A stretch of 64,000 nucleotides of DNA from positions 235,917-299,916 of the forward strand of contig JBMNMA010000001.1 in NCBI GenBank assembly GCA_050953105.1. The letters run 5' to 3'. The notes beneath the pieces are model-generated. The model searched no databases. It worked only from the letters and a program-made list of their open reading frames with translations, and was not told where the DNA came from. The position numbers and the translations under genes were made by a program. Position 1 is the first letter of the stretch, and the number at the start of each line of letters is the position of its first letter. The DNA is from Eubacteriales bacterium (GTDB lineage: Bacteria; Bacillota; Clostridia; Oscillospirales; CAG-382). This document shows positions 49,658-59,634 of the stretch, piece after piece.

Positions 49658-49856
49658 ATTAACCTTCCGTATTATATTATCAATACAATTATAACCATAT
49701 TTAAAGCCTTTTTCAAGTGAAAAGGCAAAATCCGCATATTTTGGCGTATTTTATGTTTTATATATGCAGTGTATTGACTAATAGGTAAAAATGAGTTAAA
49801 ATGGTAATGCAACCAGATATTATATATTTTATTTACAAGGAAAGGTCGGTTTGTAT

Positions 49857-50721
49857 ATGAAATAAATTTTATCAATCCTTGTGCTAATTCTAATAATTAT
49901 CAGTATCAACGGCTGCCAAAAAGAAACCGCTCCCCGGGTATATATCCACGATGCTAACTATATAAATAAACCGGATTTGTATAATCAGACTTATATGGTT
50001 AACTATTTGGGTTACGAAGCGAAGATTGAGGAGGATGTTACCAAGATGGTTGAAATTGACATTCAGGGTTATAAATATATCTGCAATTATGTAAATACCC
50101 ATTATAATAATAATGTTAAATTCGCCGAAACGGAATATGAATGCGGAAAATTAATTAATTTTAGCTTTGACAAAGTCACCAATGAGCTTTTATCCTTTGC
50201 TATTGTTCGATTCCCCGAGGATTACGTTAAAAAAACCAAACCTATAACCGGAGAACAGGCCAAACAACTGGCAGATGAGTTTTTAAAGGATTACATAAAC
50301 TTTAAAAAATGGACCTGGATTGACAACGGTTATCAAGGTTCAATAAGCAACACTTATAGAATAAAGTATGAGTATATAATAAATAATGTTATAACACGTC
50401 GGGCGTATATTGAAATGGATAATTGCGGTAATTTTACAAGATTTCAAACAGTACCAAGCTGTGTCCTTGACGAAGTTACAATCCCCAAATTGTCCGACGC
50501 AGAATATATAGAAGCGGCAAAAGGGTTGTTAAAAGAAATATATAAAGACAAGAACTTAAAGGATATTAAAAATTGCGAAATAGTATTAGATAAATATCTT
50601 TATTATTTCAGAGAACCTGATTTAGATGTGATTTCATTTAGTATGAACTACACCCTCGTTTTCAATGACGGAAGCGAAGAAAGAATTAGGCGACAGATTC
50701 TATTATGTTATACCCGATTAG
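49857..50721 (+). pseudogene. AT-rich lipoprotein gene with a nonsense codon at position 3 and a probable +1 frameshift near the 3' end
   Basis: RBS, then ATG AAA TAA ATT TTA TCA ATC CTT in frame with ORF 49881 (INGC lipobox); the ORF tail runs through a terminator. Confidence 0.6.
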
Positions 50722-50725
50722 TTTT

Positions 50726-50756
50726 AACAGAAGGGCTTTTGCCCTTCTGTTTTTTA
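50726..50756 (+). terminator. Intrinsic terminator
   Basis: AACAGAAGGGC-tttt-GCCCTTCTGTT plus T tract. Confidence 0.75.
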
Positions 50757-50821
50757 TATAAACAAACAAAAAAGTATCGAAAATGATTGTTGTTATTGTA
50801 TTTTAAAATGCAAAAAACATA

Positions 50822-50985
50822 TTGACTTTTTTAGATTGATGTTGTATCATTTTTTAAGTGTTTTATAAACAATGGGTCGTTGCTCTTTCCGGCAAAGGCG
50901 TCGGAATGTCGGCTTGACGCTAAAAAATGTATAATTACTTAGGCGTCGCAGAAAGCTATACTTCGACGCCTTGTCTGATTTTGTT
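50822..50985 (+). promoter_or_regulatory. pyrG promoter and structured leader (ANTAR-like hairpins plus a competing stem)
   Basis: TTGACT-17 nt-TATCAT; TTCCGGC[AAAGGC]GTCGGAA hexaloop hairpin; downstream AGGCGTCG..CGACGCCT stem. Confidence 0.55.
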
Positions 50986-51010
50986 ACATTTTTACCGGAG
51001 GGAAAAAGTT

Positions 51011-52639
51011 ATGACCAAATATATTTTTGTTACAGGCGGTGTGGTGTCCGGCCTGGGTAAAGGAATTACCGCCGCATCTTTAGGAAGGCTATTAAAAGCC
51101 AGAGGCCTTAAGGTGGCAGCCCAGAAGCTTGACCCCTATATTAACGTTGACCCGGGAACCATGAGTCCCTATCAGCACGGGGAGGTTTACGTTACCGAGG
51201 ACGGTGCCGAAACCGACCTTGACCTTGGACATTACGAAAGATTTATCGACGAGGATTTAAATAAATATTCAAACCTTACCACAGGCAAGGTGTTTTCCAA
51301 TGTCATATCAAAGGAGCGGCAGGGACAGTATCTCGGCTCCACCGTTCAGTATATACCCCACATAACCGACGAAATAAAAAGATTTGTCTACAATGTGGGC
51401 AAAAAGACGGGGGCGGATGTGGTTATAACCGAAATCGGCGGCACCACCGGCGACATTGAAAGCCAGCCATATCTTGAAGCTATCCGCCAGATAAGCCACG
51501 AGGTGGGGAGGGAAAATTCCCTTTTCATCCACGTTACCCTTGTTCCCTATCTTAAAGCATCCGGTGAGCATAAATCTAAGCCCACCCAGCATTCGGTTAA
51601 AGAACTTCAGGGAATGGGCATTTCCCCGGACATAATTATTTTAAGATGCGACGAAAAAATAAAGGACCAGTCGGTTTTCCGCAAGATTGCCAACTTCTGC
51701 AACGTCAAGCCCGACTGCGTTATAGAAAACGTTACCCTTCCCGTCCTTTACGAAGCGCCGCTTATGCTTGAAAAATCCCATCTTTCCCATATAGTCTGCC
51801 GGGAGCTGTATATGGATACCCCAGACCCCGACCTTACCGAGTGGGAAGAGCTTGTTAAAAAAATAAAGAGCCGCAAAGGCAAGGTTAACATTGCCCTTGT
51901 GGGCAAATACGTTCAGCTTCACGATGCTTATTTGTCGGTGGCGGAGGCGTTAAACCATGCCGGCTTTGCCCTTGATTCGAAAATCAACATAGACTGGATT
52001 GATTCCGAAACCATAACCGAGGAAAATCACGAAGAAATATTCAAAAACATCGACGGCATACTCATACCCGGAGGATTCGGCAACCGGGGTATTGAGGGTA
52101 AAATAATAGCGGCAAGCTTTGCCCGCAGAAATAAGATACCCTACCTTGGAATTTGCCTTGGTATGCAGGTGGCGGTTATAGAATACGCCCGTAACGTCTT
52201 AGGCCTTGCCGGCGCAAATTCAAGGGAATTTGACGAAAATTCCCCCCATAAGGTTATTGACTTTATGGAAGGACAAAGCGATTCCATTGACAAGGGCGGC
52301 ACATTGCGGCTGGGAAGCTATCCCTGCTCCATTGTCCCCGGCACCGTTATGGAACGCTGCTACAAGGCCTGTCTTATAAACGAACGCCACAGGCATCGCT
52401 ATGAATTCAATAACAGCTACAAGGCCGATTTGGAAAAGGCCGGACTTACGATAAGCGGTCTTTCACCCGACGGCAAGCTGGTTGAAACCATTGAGCTTAA
52501 AGATTCCCCCTTCTTTGTAGGGGTTCAATATCACCCTGAATTCAAGTCCCGCCCCAACCGTCCCCATCCCCTGTTTTTGGAGTTCGTTAGGGCGTCCATA
52601 GAGATCGCAAAGGCGAAGGAGGGCGGCGACAACAAATAA
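51011..52639 (+). CDS. pyrG: CTP synthase
   Basis: [39 protein letters not shown]. Confidence 0.98.
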   Translation: MTKYIFVTGGVVSGLGKGITAASLGRLLKARGLKVAAQKLDPYINVDPGTMSPYQHGEVYVTEDGAETDLDLGHYERFIDEDLNKYSNLTTGKVFSNVISKERQGQYLGSTVQYIPHITDEIKRFVYNVGKKTGADVVITEIGGTTGDIESQPYLEAIRQISHEVGRENSLFIHVTLVPYLKASGEHKSKPTQHSVKELQGMGISPDIIILRCDEKIKDQSVFRKIANFCNVKPDCVIENVTLPVLYEAPLMLEKSHLSHIVCRELYMDTPDPDLTEWEELVKKIKSRKGKVNIALVGKYVQLHDAYLSVAEALNHAGFALDSKINIDWIDSETITEENHEEIFKNIDGILIPGGFGNRGIEGKIIAASFARRNKIPYLGICLGMQVAVIEYARNVLGLAGANSREFDENSPHKVIDFMEGQSDSIDKGGTLRLGSYPCSIVPGTVMERCYKACLINERHRHRYEFNNSYKADLEKAGLTISGLSPDGKLVETIELKDSPFFVGVQYHPEFKSRPNRPHPLFLEFVRASIEIAKAKEGGDNK

Positions 52640-52661
52640 TTTTTGAAAGGAAAGGCTTACA

Positions 52662-53876
52662 ATGCGAGAAATTAACAAATCCCGCAAGCTTGACCATGTG
52701 GCCTACGACATACGGGGACCGGTTATGGAGGAGGCCTACCGCATGGAGGCTAACGGGATTAATATACTAAAACTCAACATTGGTAACCCCGCACCCTTTG
52801 AACTTAAAGCTCCCGATGAAATTATTGTGGATATGATTTACAATCTGCGGACGTCGGAGGGCTATTCCAACTCCAAGGGTATGTTCCCCGCCCGCAAAGC
52901 CATAATGCAATACTGTCAGCTTAAGGGCATACCCAACGTAGGCCTTGAGGACATTTACACCGGTAACGGTGAAAGCGAGCTTATAACCATGTCCATGCAG
53001 GCCCTCCTTGACGACGGGGACGAAATTCTTGTTCCTATGCCCGACTATCCCCTGTGGACGGCGGCGGTTGTCCTTTCCAGCGGCAAGGCCGTTCATTACC
53101 GCTGCGACGAATCAAAGCACTGGAATCCCGATATTGCGGATATACGTTCTAAGATTACCGAAAAAACCAGGGGTATTGTGGTTATAAATCCCAACAATCC
53201 CACCGGGGTGTTATACAGCATTGAAACCTTAAAAGAAATAGTTGATGTTGCAAGGGAATTTGACCTTATTATATTTGCCGACGAAATTTATGACCGGCTT
53301 TGCCTTGACGGGAAAAAGCATGTGGCCATAGCCTCCCTTGCCCCCGATCTACTTACCGTATGCTTTAACGGCCTTTCTAAATCCCACCGGGTGGCGGGTT
53401 TCAGAAGCGGCTGGATGTGTCTTGCGGGGGAAAAGGAACACGCCGCAGGTTATATAGAGGGGCTAAACGTCCTTGCCTCAATGCGTCTTTGCTCCAATGT
53501 GCCGGGGCAGAGCATTATCCAGACGGCATTGGGGGGGTATCAGTCCAGCGACGAGCTTATTAAACCCGGCGGAAGGATTTACGAACAGCGGGAATTTATC
53601 TACAACGCCATTAACTCCATTCCCGGTCTTTCGGCGGAAAAGCCCGACGCCGCATTTTATATTTTTCCGAAAATCGACACCGAAATGTATAATATAACCG
53701 ACGACAAGCAGTTTGTGCTTGAGCTGTTACGCGAAGAAAAGCTGCTGCTTACCTCCGGTACCGGCTTTAACTGGGATAAGCCCGACCATTTCCGCATTGT
53801 ATATCTGCCCAGGGTGGAAATACTTGAGGAAGCCATGTTCAGGCTTGAAAGGTTTTTAAAGAAATACCGGAGATAA
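52662..53876 (+). CDS. Class I/II PLP aminotransferase (AlaA/AlaT-like)
   Basis: YDIRGPV, LNIGNPAPF, INPNNPTG, DEIYD, NGLSKSHRVAGFRSGW. Confidence 0.92.
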   Translation: MREINKSRKLDHVAYDIRGPVMEEAYRMEANGINILKLNIGNPAPFELKAPDEIIVDMIYNLRTSEGYSNSKGMFPARKAIMQYCQLKGIPNVGLEDIYTGNGESELITMSMQALLDDGDEILVPMPDYPLWTAAVVLSSGKAVHYRCDESKHWNPDIADIRSKITEKTRGIVVINPNNPTGVLYSIETLKEIVDVAREFDLIIFADEIYDRLCLDGKKHVAIASLAPDLLTVCFNGLSKSHRVAGFRSGWMCLAGEKEHAAGYIEGLNVLASMRLCSNVPGQSIIQTALGGYQSSDELIKPGGRIYEQREFIYNAINSIPGLSAEKPDAAFYIFPKIDTEMYNITDDKQFVLELLREEKLLLTSGTGFNWDKPDHFRIVYLPRVEILEEAMFRLERFLKKYRR

Positions 53877-53898
53877 TTTGACAAGGGAGGACTTATTT

Positions 53899-55329
53899 GT
53901 GAAGGACATATACGAAAACCCGCTGTGCGGCCGCTACGCCGGCAGGGAGATGCAGCGCATATTCTCCCCCGACCACAAGTTTCAGACATGGCGTAAGCTG
54001 TGGGTGGCGCTGGCCGAAAGCCAGAGGGAGCTGGGACTGGAAATTACCCAGGAGCAGATTGACGAGCTTAAGGAGCATATAGCCGACATAGATTACGCCA
54101 AGGCCGCCGAATATGAAAAGCGGCTCCGCCATGACGTAATGGCCCATATCCGCACCTATGGCGACGTATGCCCCAAGGCCAAGGGAATAATTCACCTGGG
54201 TGCCACAAGCTGCTATGTTGGGGACAACACCGATATTATAGTAATGAAAGAGGCTTTGCTCCTTGTAAAAAAGCTGCTGGTAAACGCCATTTCGTCCCTG
54301 TATGACTTTGCAAACAAGTATAAGGATATACCTACTTTAGCATACACCCATTTTCAGCCTGCCCAGCCCACCACCGTGGGAAAACGGGCAACCCTGTGGA
54401 TTCAGGACCTGCTTTTTGACCTTGAAGCGGTGGATTTTCAGCTTAGTTCATTAAAGCTCTTAGGCTGCAAGGGCACCACCGGCACCGCCGCAAGCTTTTT
54501 GGCGCTGTTTGAAGGCGACCACGAAAAGGTGAAAAAGCTTGAAAAGCTTATCGCTCAAAAGGTGGGGTTTGACGGCTGCTACGATGTGTCAGGGCAGACA
54601 TATTCGAGAAAGGTTGACTACAACGTCCTTTCGGCACTCTCCGGCATTGCCCAGTCGGCATCAAAGTTTGCCAATGACATACGCCTGCTTTCCCATCTTA
54701 AAGAGGTTGACGAACCCTTTGAGGAGGAACAGGTGGGTTCCTCGGCCATGGCATACAAGCGCAATCCCATGCGCAGCGAGCGGATATGCTCCCTGTCAAG
54801 GCATGTGCTTTGTAACGTGTTAAACCCTGCAATAACAGCTTCCACCCAGTGGCTTGAACGCACCCTTGACGATTCGGCCAACCGGCGGATAGCAATACCC
54901 GAAGCTTTTCTTGCCATAGACGGCATACTGACATTGTATATAAATATTATCAGCGGCTTAAAGGTTTACCCCAACATGGCAAAGCGTCATCTTGACGAGG
55001 AAATGCCCTTTATGGTTACCGAGAACATTCTTATGTATTGCGTTTCACGGGGCGGAGACCGGCAGGTGCTCCACGAGGAAATACGCCGTCATTCGGTGGA
55101 AACCGCTGTGGAAATTAAAAACTACGGCAAAAACAATACCCTATTTGATAAAATTTTAGCTGATAAAGCATTTAACCTTACAAAAGAAGAACTTGACCAA
55201 ATCGCTAACCCCGCCCTGCTAACCGGCAGAGCCAAGGAGCAAACCGAAGAATTTCTGGCAAACGCAGTTTTGCCGGTTCTTGAGGCAAATAAAAGTCTGC
55301 TTGGCGTTAAGGCCGAGATTAACATTTAA
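53899..55329 (+). CDS. purB: Adenylosuccinate lyase
   Basis: RHDVMAH, HLGATSCYVGDN, THFQPAQ, GSSAMAYKRNP; GTG start after GGGAGG. Confidence 0.96.
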   Translation: MKDIYENPLCGRYAGREMQRIFSPDHKFQTWRKLWVALAESQRELGLEITQEQIDELKEHIADIDYAKAAEYEKRLRHDVMAHIRTYGDVCPKAKGIIHLGATSCYVGDNTDIIVMKEALLLVKKLLVNAISSLYDFANKYKDIPTLAYTHFQPAQPTTVGKRATLWIQDLLFDLEAVDFQLSSLKLLGCKGTTGTAASFLALFEGDHEKVKKLEKLIAQKVGFDGCYDVSGQTYSRKVDYNVLSALSGIAQSASKFANDIRLLSHLKEVDEPFEEEQVGSSAMAYKRNPMRSERICSLSRHVLCNVLNPAITASTQWLERTLDDSANRRIAIPEAFLAIDGILTLYINIISGLKVYPNMAKRHLDEEMPFMVTENILMYCVSRGGDRQVLHEEIRRHSVETAVEIKNYGKNNTLFDKILADKAFNLTKEELDQIANPALLTGRAKEQTEEFLANAVLPVLEANKSLLGVKAEINI

Positions 55330-55334
55330 CTAAA

Positions 55335-55357
55335 CAGGCGGGTTTTTACCCGCCTTT
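55335..55357 (+). terminator. Terminator-like hairpin after purB
   Basis: AGGCGGGT-tttt-ACCCGCCT followed by TT. Confidence 0.6.
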
Positions 55358-55384
55358 CGCTTTAATGAGGGAATGATGAAAAAG

Positions 55385-56762
55385 GGCTCTTTGTCAATAG
55401 TTGGGGTGAACCCGTAAAAAGGAATTCAGGTAACGGCTGTCAGGTCGCTGCCTGAATTTTGTTTTGATTAGAAAACATATGAAGAATGCGGTTTCGGAAT
55501 CTATTAAAATTACGATATCCGTAAGCGTTTCTTTTCAGCACTTTGATCTTGTTGTTGCAACCTTCTGTAAAAGCATTCGAATATGAACAGTAGAAAGAGT
55601 TGACAATCCCCTCAAACCAACGGGAAAAGGTTTCGCCACAATCCCTGAACCGTTGTATGTGCGATTCCCGAGCCATTGTAATCCACTCTTTCAGGGCTTC
55701 TTTCTTGATATCCGGATCCCTTAAGCCGCAAAGCTTTAAGAACTGCTCCTTCATATAATGCGCTTCCAGCAGGTCGGAGCCGATGTACAGAATTGTGTCA
55801 ACCCTTATCTTTTCATCAGGTGTCAACTTATCATAACGCTTGTAAAGAATACCCTTTGAGTGCTTGAAAGCAAGACGGGTTTCCTTGATATGTTTCTTTT
55901 GTTCCTCCTTGCGTACAGACTCGAACGCCCAGAACACCTGCCTTGCGTAATGATATTTATCGATAACATAGGTGGCTTTCTTAAAGTATGTATTCGAAAC
56001 GTCCCTGTAGGTTTCCCACATATCGCTTACGAAATATGCCGTTTTCGATCTGTCAAAGTGCTTGAAATAGCTGAATAAATCTTGTTTATACCTTGTTTCG
56101 AGGATATCTATTACCCTGTTATTGTTAAGGTCTGTAATAATACATTGATATTTATCTTTTCCCGTATTCCCCTTGAATTCGTCAATGCCTATTGCCTGGG
56201 GGAGGGTTCCCGAGGGGTAGTTTACAAGGTTAAACACCCGTATTACTGTGGAGACGGAGAGCGCAACCTCTTTGGCTACGCTTGTGAAGGAGGAGACGCC
56301 TGCCAGCTTGTTGATGATGAAAGCGGAAAGGCGGTTGGTCATGCGGAAGTATCTTGGAAGGAAGCTGTTTTCCTCGAAAAAGCGTTTGCCGCATTGGCAG
56401 CGGTATCTCCGTTTTCTTAATATGAGTTCGACATTCTTACCCAGGATAGGTATATCCTTGATATGCTGGATACGGTAGTCATGCACTGTCCTTGTTGCGG
56501 CGCCGCAACAAGGACAGCGGTGTTCTTTTTGCGTAAGCTCGATGTGAATTTCGGTAATTTGTGCTTTTTGAACTACATTTTTTACAATTACATCTTTTAA
56601 ATCAATAAGTTTTGTGCTATTATCATTGCAGGGCATATTTTCGTCTCCGTTTCATGGTGTTGTGCAATTCCCATTTTAACGGATTCGTCAAAAATATGCT
56701 CTACTTTTTTTGTTTCTGTTTTGTAGATTATTTTCCCTTACCCCAACATTTATTATAGAGCC
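55385..56762 (-). mobile_element. ISL3-family insertion sequence (1378 bp) with 8-bp target site duplication TGAAAAAG
   Basis: Ends read GGCTCTTTGTCAATAGTTGGGGTG and (reverse complement) GGCTCTATAATAAATGTTGGGGTA; TGAAAAAG at 55377-55384 and 56763-56770. Confidence 0.95.
55440..56636 (-). CDS. ISL3-family transposase
   Basis: CPCCG..CQCG zinc finger, GIDEF, SDMW, DKYH, EGCNNKIKVLKRNAYGYRNF. Confidence 0.96.
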   Translation of the reverse strand: MPCNDNSTKLIDLKDVIVKNVVQKAQITEIHIELTQKEHRCPCCGAATRTVHDYRIQHIKDIPILGKNVELILRKRRYRCQCGKRFFEENSFLPRYFRMTNRLSAFIINKLAGVSSFTSVAKEVALSVSTVIRVFNLVNYPSGTLPQAIGIDEFKGNTGKDKYQCIITDLNNNRVIDILETRYKQDLFSYFKHFDRSKTAYFVSDMWETYRDVSNTYFKKATYVIDKYHYARQVFWAFESVRKEEQKKHIKETRLAFKHSKGILYKRYDKLTPDEKIRVDTILYIGSDLLEAHYMKEQFLKLCGLRDPDIKKEALKEWITMARESHIQRFRDCGETFSRWFEGIVNSFYCSYSNAFTEGCNNKIKVLKRNAYGYRNFNRFRNRILHMFSNQNKIQAAT

Positions 56763-57599
56763 TGAAAAAGATAGGTATTGTAGGCGGAATCGGGCCTGCC
56801 TCCACCGTTGACTATTACATGGGGATAATAGGCAAATATGCGTCCAAATACGGGCCCGACGTTTACCCCGAAATTGTTATAGACAGTATCAATTTAAACC
56901 GGCTTATGGGGGCTATGGTTAAAGAAAATTTTGACGAGGCCTTTGAGATTATTAAGGCAAGCCTTATAAACCTTAAAAACGCAGGGGCGGATATTGGAGC
57001 GGTGGCATCAAACACTCCCCATATAATTTGGGATAAAATTCAAGAAGCAAATATCATACCCGTTATAAGCATTGTAAGTGCCACCTGTGACTATATATTA
57101 AAATGCTCCTATAAGCGTGTTGTCGTCCTCGGAACCGAATACACAATGAAAAAGGGATTGTATGCAAAGGCACTGGAAAATATAGGCGTTACGGCAATTT
57201 CTTTGTCCCCGGAGGATATGAAGTTGGTGGGAAATATCATTTACCCAAACCTTGAAAACGGAATTGTTATTCCCGAAGACAAATCAAAAATGATATCGGT
57301 TGCCGAAAGGTATATAACAAACTATAACGCCGATTCCCTGCTCCTCGGCTGCACCGAAATACCCATTATGATAAAGGCGGGTGATGTGTCTGTGCCGGTG
57401 ATAAATACCACCCAGATACATATAGACGCCATAGCCGAAAAGCTGTTTGAATAAGATATAAACCATTTATTGTTAGTGTTACGGGCATAATCGCAATTTT
57501 TTTGCTTTTATGCCCGTTATTTCTATTCCTTTTGACAATTGTTTTTTATTATAGGGGGTTATATAATAGGTTTGATAATATAACTTTTTTTGAGGATTT

Positions 57600-59054
57600 A
57601 TGCTAAACAACAAAAAAGCCGTCAACATGACCGACGGTCCCCTATTTAAAAATATAATATCCTTTACCATACCCATTATTTTAACGGGACTTTTGCAGCT
57701 GCTTTTCAATGCCGCCGACCTTGCGGTGGTGGGGCAGTTTGCCGGGGACATTCCCTTATCCGCCGTGGGTGCCACCGGCTCTCTTATAAACCTTATAGTC
57801 AACCTGTTTTTGGGACTTTCGGTAGGTGTCGGCGTGGCTGTGGCCCAGGGGTTGGGTGCTAAAAGTGACGAAGCGGTCCGCAGAACCGTTCACACCGCCA
57901 TCCCTGCCGCTCTTGTCGGGGGTGTGATACTCACCTTTGTGGGAATTTTCGGCGCAAAGCAGTTTTTAATATGGATGAAGACTCCGGCCGAGGTGCTTGA
58001 TCTTGCCACTCTTTATATGCAAATCTACTTTGCCGGAATTATCCCCATTCTCCTTTACAATTTCGGCGCCGCAATACTTCGTGCCGCCGGCGACACAAGA
58101 AGCCCCCTTATTTACCTTACCCTGGCAGGGGTTGTCAATGTAATTTTAAACCTTATATTCGTCATTCTTTTCGGCATGGACGTTGACGGGGTGGCACTTG
58201 CCACAACCATTTCCCAAACCCTTGCGGTGGGGCTGGTTATAAGAACCTTGGTTAAACGCAGCGACGCCTGCCGGCTGTATTTAAAAAAGCTTAAATTCCA
58301 TGAAAAGGAACTTTTGCTTATTATTAAAATCGGACTTCCCGCCGGGATTCAGGGAACCATATTCTCAATATCCAACGTTATCGTCCAGTCCTCTATAAAC
58401 TCCTTTGGCCCCGTGGTCATGTCGGGTAACACCGCCGCCTCATCCATTGAGGGGTTTGTGTATGTGGCCATGAACGCCTTCCACCAGACGGCAATGAACT
58501 TTATAGGCCAAAACGTGGGAGCAAAGAGATTTGAACGGATAAATAAAATTCTCGCCTACTGTCTTGCCCTTGTGGCAGGGGTGGGTTTCACCCTCGGCCT
58601 TTTGGCCTTTACCTTCGGTGCTCCGCTGCTTAAAATCTACACCTCATCGGCAGATGCCATTCATTACGGTGTGGTTAGAATGTCCTTTATCGCTCTAACC
58701 TATTTCACCTGCGGCATGATGGACGTTATGACCGGTGCAATACGGGGAATGGGCTCCTCACTGGCTCCAATGATAGTTTCGGTTATAGGTATCTGCGGCG
58801 TGCGCATAGGCTGGATATTCACCATATTTGCCGAACACCGCAGCCTTGAAGCATTATATATGTCCTACCCCCTTTCATGGGTGGCAACTTTGCTGGTTCA
58901 GGTTCTCTTTTATGTGATAATTAAGAGAAGATTGTTAGCACGAGAGGGCATAACATCCCCCCTGACGAACCATAAAGGTATAGGTGTCATAACCGCCGTC
59001 CCCACCTTAAAGGGGAAAAAAGTTGTAAATGTAAACAATAAAAAATCAGGCTGA
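57600..59054 (+). CDS. MATE-family efflux transporter
   Basis: LQLLFNAADLAVVG, LRAAGDTRSPL, NVILNLIFV, about 12 TM segments. Confidence 0.93.
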   Translation: MLNNKKAVNMTDGPLFKNIISFTIPIILTGLLQLLFNAADLAVVGQFAGDIPLSAVGATGSLINLIVNLFLGLSVGVGVAVAQGLGAKSDEAVRRTVHTAIPAALVGGVILTFVGIFGAKQFLIWMKTPAEVLDLATLYMQIYFAGIIPILLYNFGAAILRAAGDTRSPLIYLTLAGVVNVILNLIFVILFGMDVDGVALATTISQTLAVGLVIRTLVKRSDACRLYLKKLKFHEKELLLIIKIGLPAGIQGTIFSISNVIVQSSINSFGPVVMSGNTAASSIEGFVYVAMNAFHQTAMNFIGQNVGAKRFERINKILAYCLALVAGVGFTLGLLAFTFGAPLLKIYTSSADAIHYGVVRMSFIALTYFTCGMMDVMTGAIRGMGSSLAPMIVSVIGICGVRIGWIFTIFAEHRSLEALYMSYPLSWVATLLVQVLFYVIIKRRLLAREGITSPLTNHKGIGVITAVPTLKGKKVVNVNNKKSG

Positions 59055-59069
59055 TAGCCTGATTTTTTT
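59040..59069. terminator. Bidirectional terminator
   Basis: AAAAAAATCAGGCT-gat-AGCCTGATTTTTTT. Confidence 0.75.
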
Positions 59070-59634
59070 AATATAATGTGGTGTAGTAGTAAACCGGGTG
59101 GAGATACCAGACGCCGTTGATTTGTAAAACCACAAATTCGGCTTTCTTTGATTCCTCATCTTTACTTCCCCAGATGTTCAGGCTGCCGGTTACCGTGGCA
59201 GCCTTTGTTATTGCCGACATATCAATTTCATAATAGTAAATGTTGTTGTCGTAATAACGGTCAAAATAATCGGGGTAGTTGGCGGGATCAATGGTAGAAA
59301 CGTCTGTTACCACAAACTCCATTTTAACCTTTTTGCCGTAGTTTTCTTTATGGGCCAAGGCAACGGAGTTAAAAATATCGCTTAAATAGGAATTAAAGTT
59401 AGTATAAGGTGGAGTGGCCTCGTATTTCCACATTGCCTCCTCCACTTCGACAGCGGCGTCGTAGTCGGGGGGGAAGGCTTGGCGGTAGGTTTGGGGGTTG
59501 TTATTTAAAACACCGTCAATGACATGCTGTATTGGCATTGCTTCTTCACGGGTTATTCTTTCCGCATTTCTGGCGCAGCCGATAAGGGAAAGGCTTAATA
59601 AAACAAGGAGTATAACGGGTAATATTTTACGCAT
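59068..59634 (-). CDS. Lipoprotein of unknown function (possibly NTF2-like)
   Basis: LIGC lipobox; C-terminal VLQINGVWYL; overlaps the ftsK stop. Confidence 0.65.
   Translation of the reverse strand: MRKILPVILLVLLSLSLIGCARNAERITREEAMPIQHVIDGVLNNNPQTYRQAFPPDYDAAVEVEEAMWKYEATPPYTNFNSYLSDIFNSVALAHKENYGKKVKMEFVVTDVSTIDPANYPDYFDRYYDNNIYYYEIDMSAITKAATVTGSLNIWGSKDEESKKAEFVVLQINGVWYLHPVYYYTTLY

Larger units (their letters stand above)
55373..57454 (+). pseudogene. Asp/Glu racemase-family (YgeA/RacX-like) gene interrupted by ISL3 after codon 4
   Basis: Removing the IS and one TSD copy gives MMKKIGIVGGIGPASTVDYYMGII..ASNTPH..GCTEIP. Confidence 0.88.

Noticed and set aside
50914-50935. TTGACG...TATAAT as a pyrG promoter
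   Set aside because: Spacer is only about 10 nt; the 17-nt-spaced pair at 50822-50850 fits better
50870-50985. ZTP, PRPP or purine riboswitch, or B. subtilis-type pyrG reiterative leader
   Set aside because: Conserved cores of those elements are not visible; the ANTAR-like hairpin fits better
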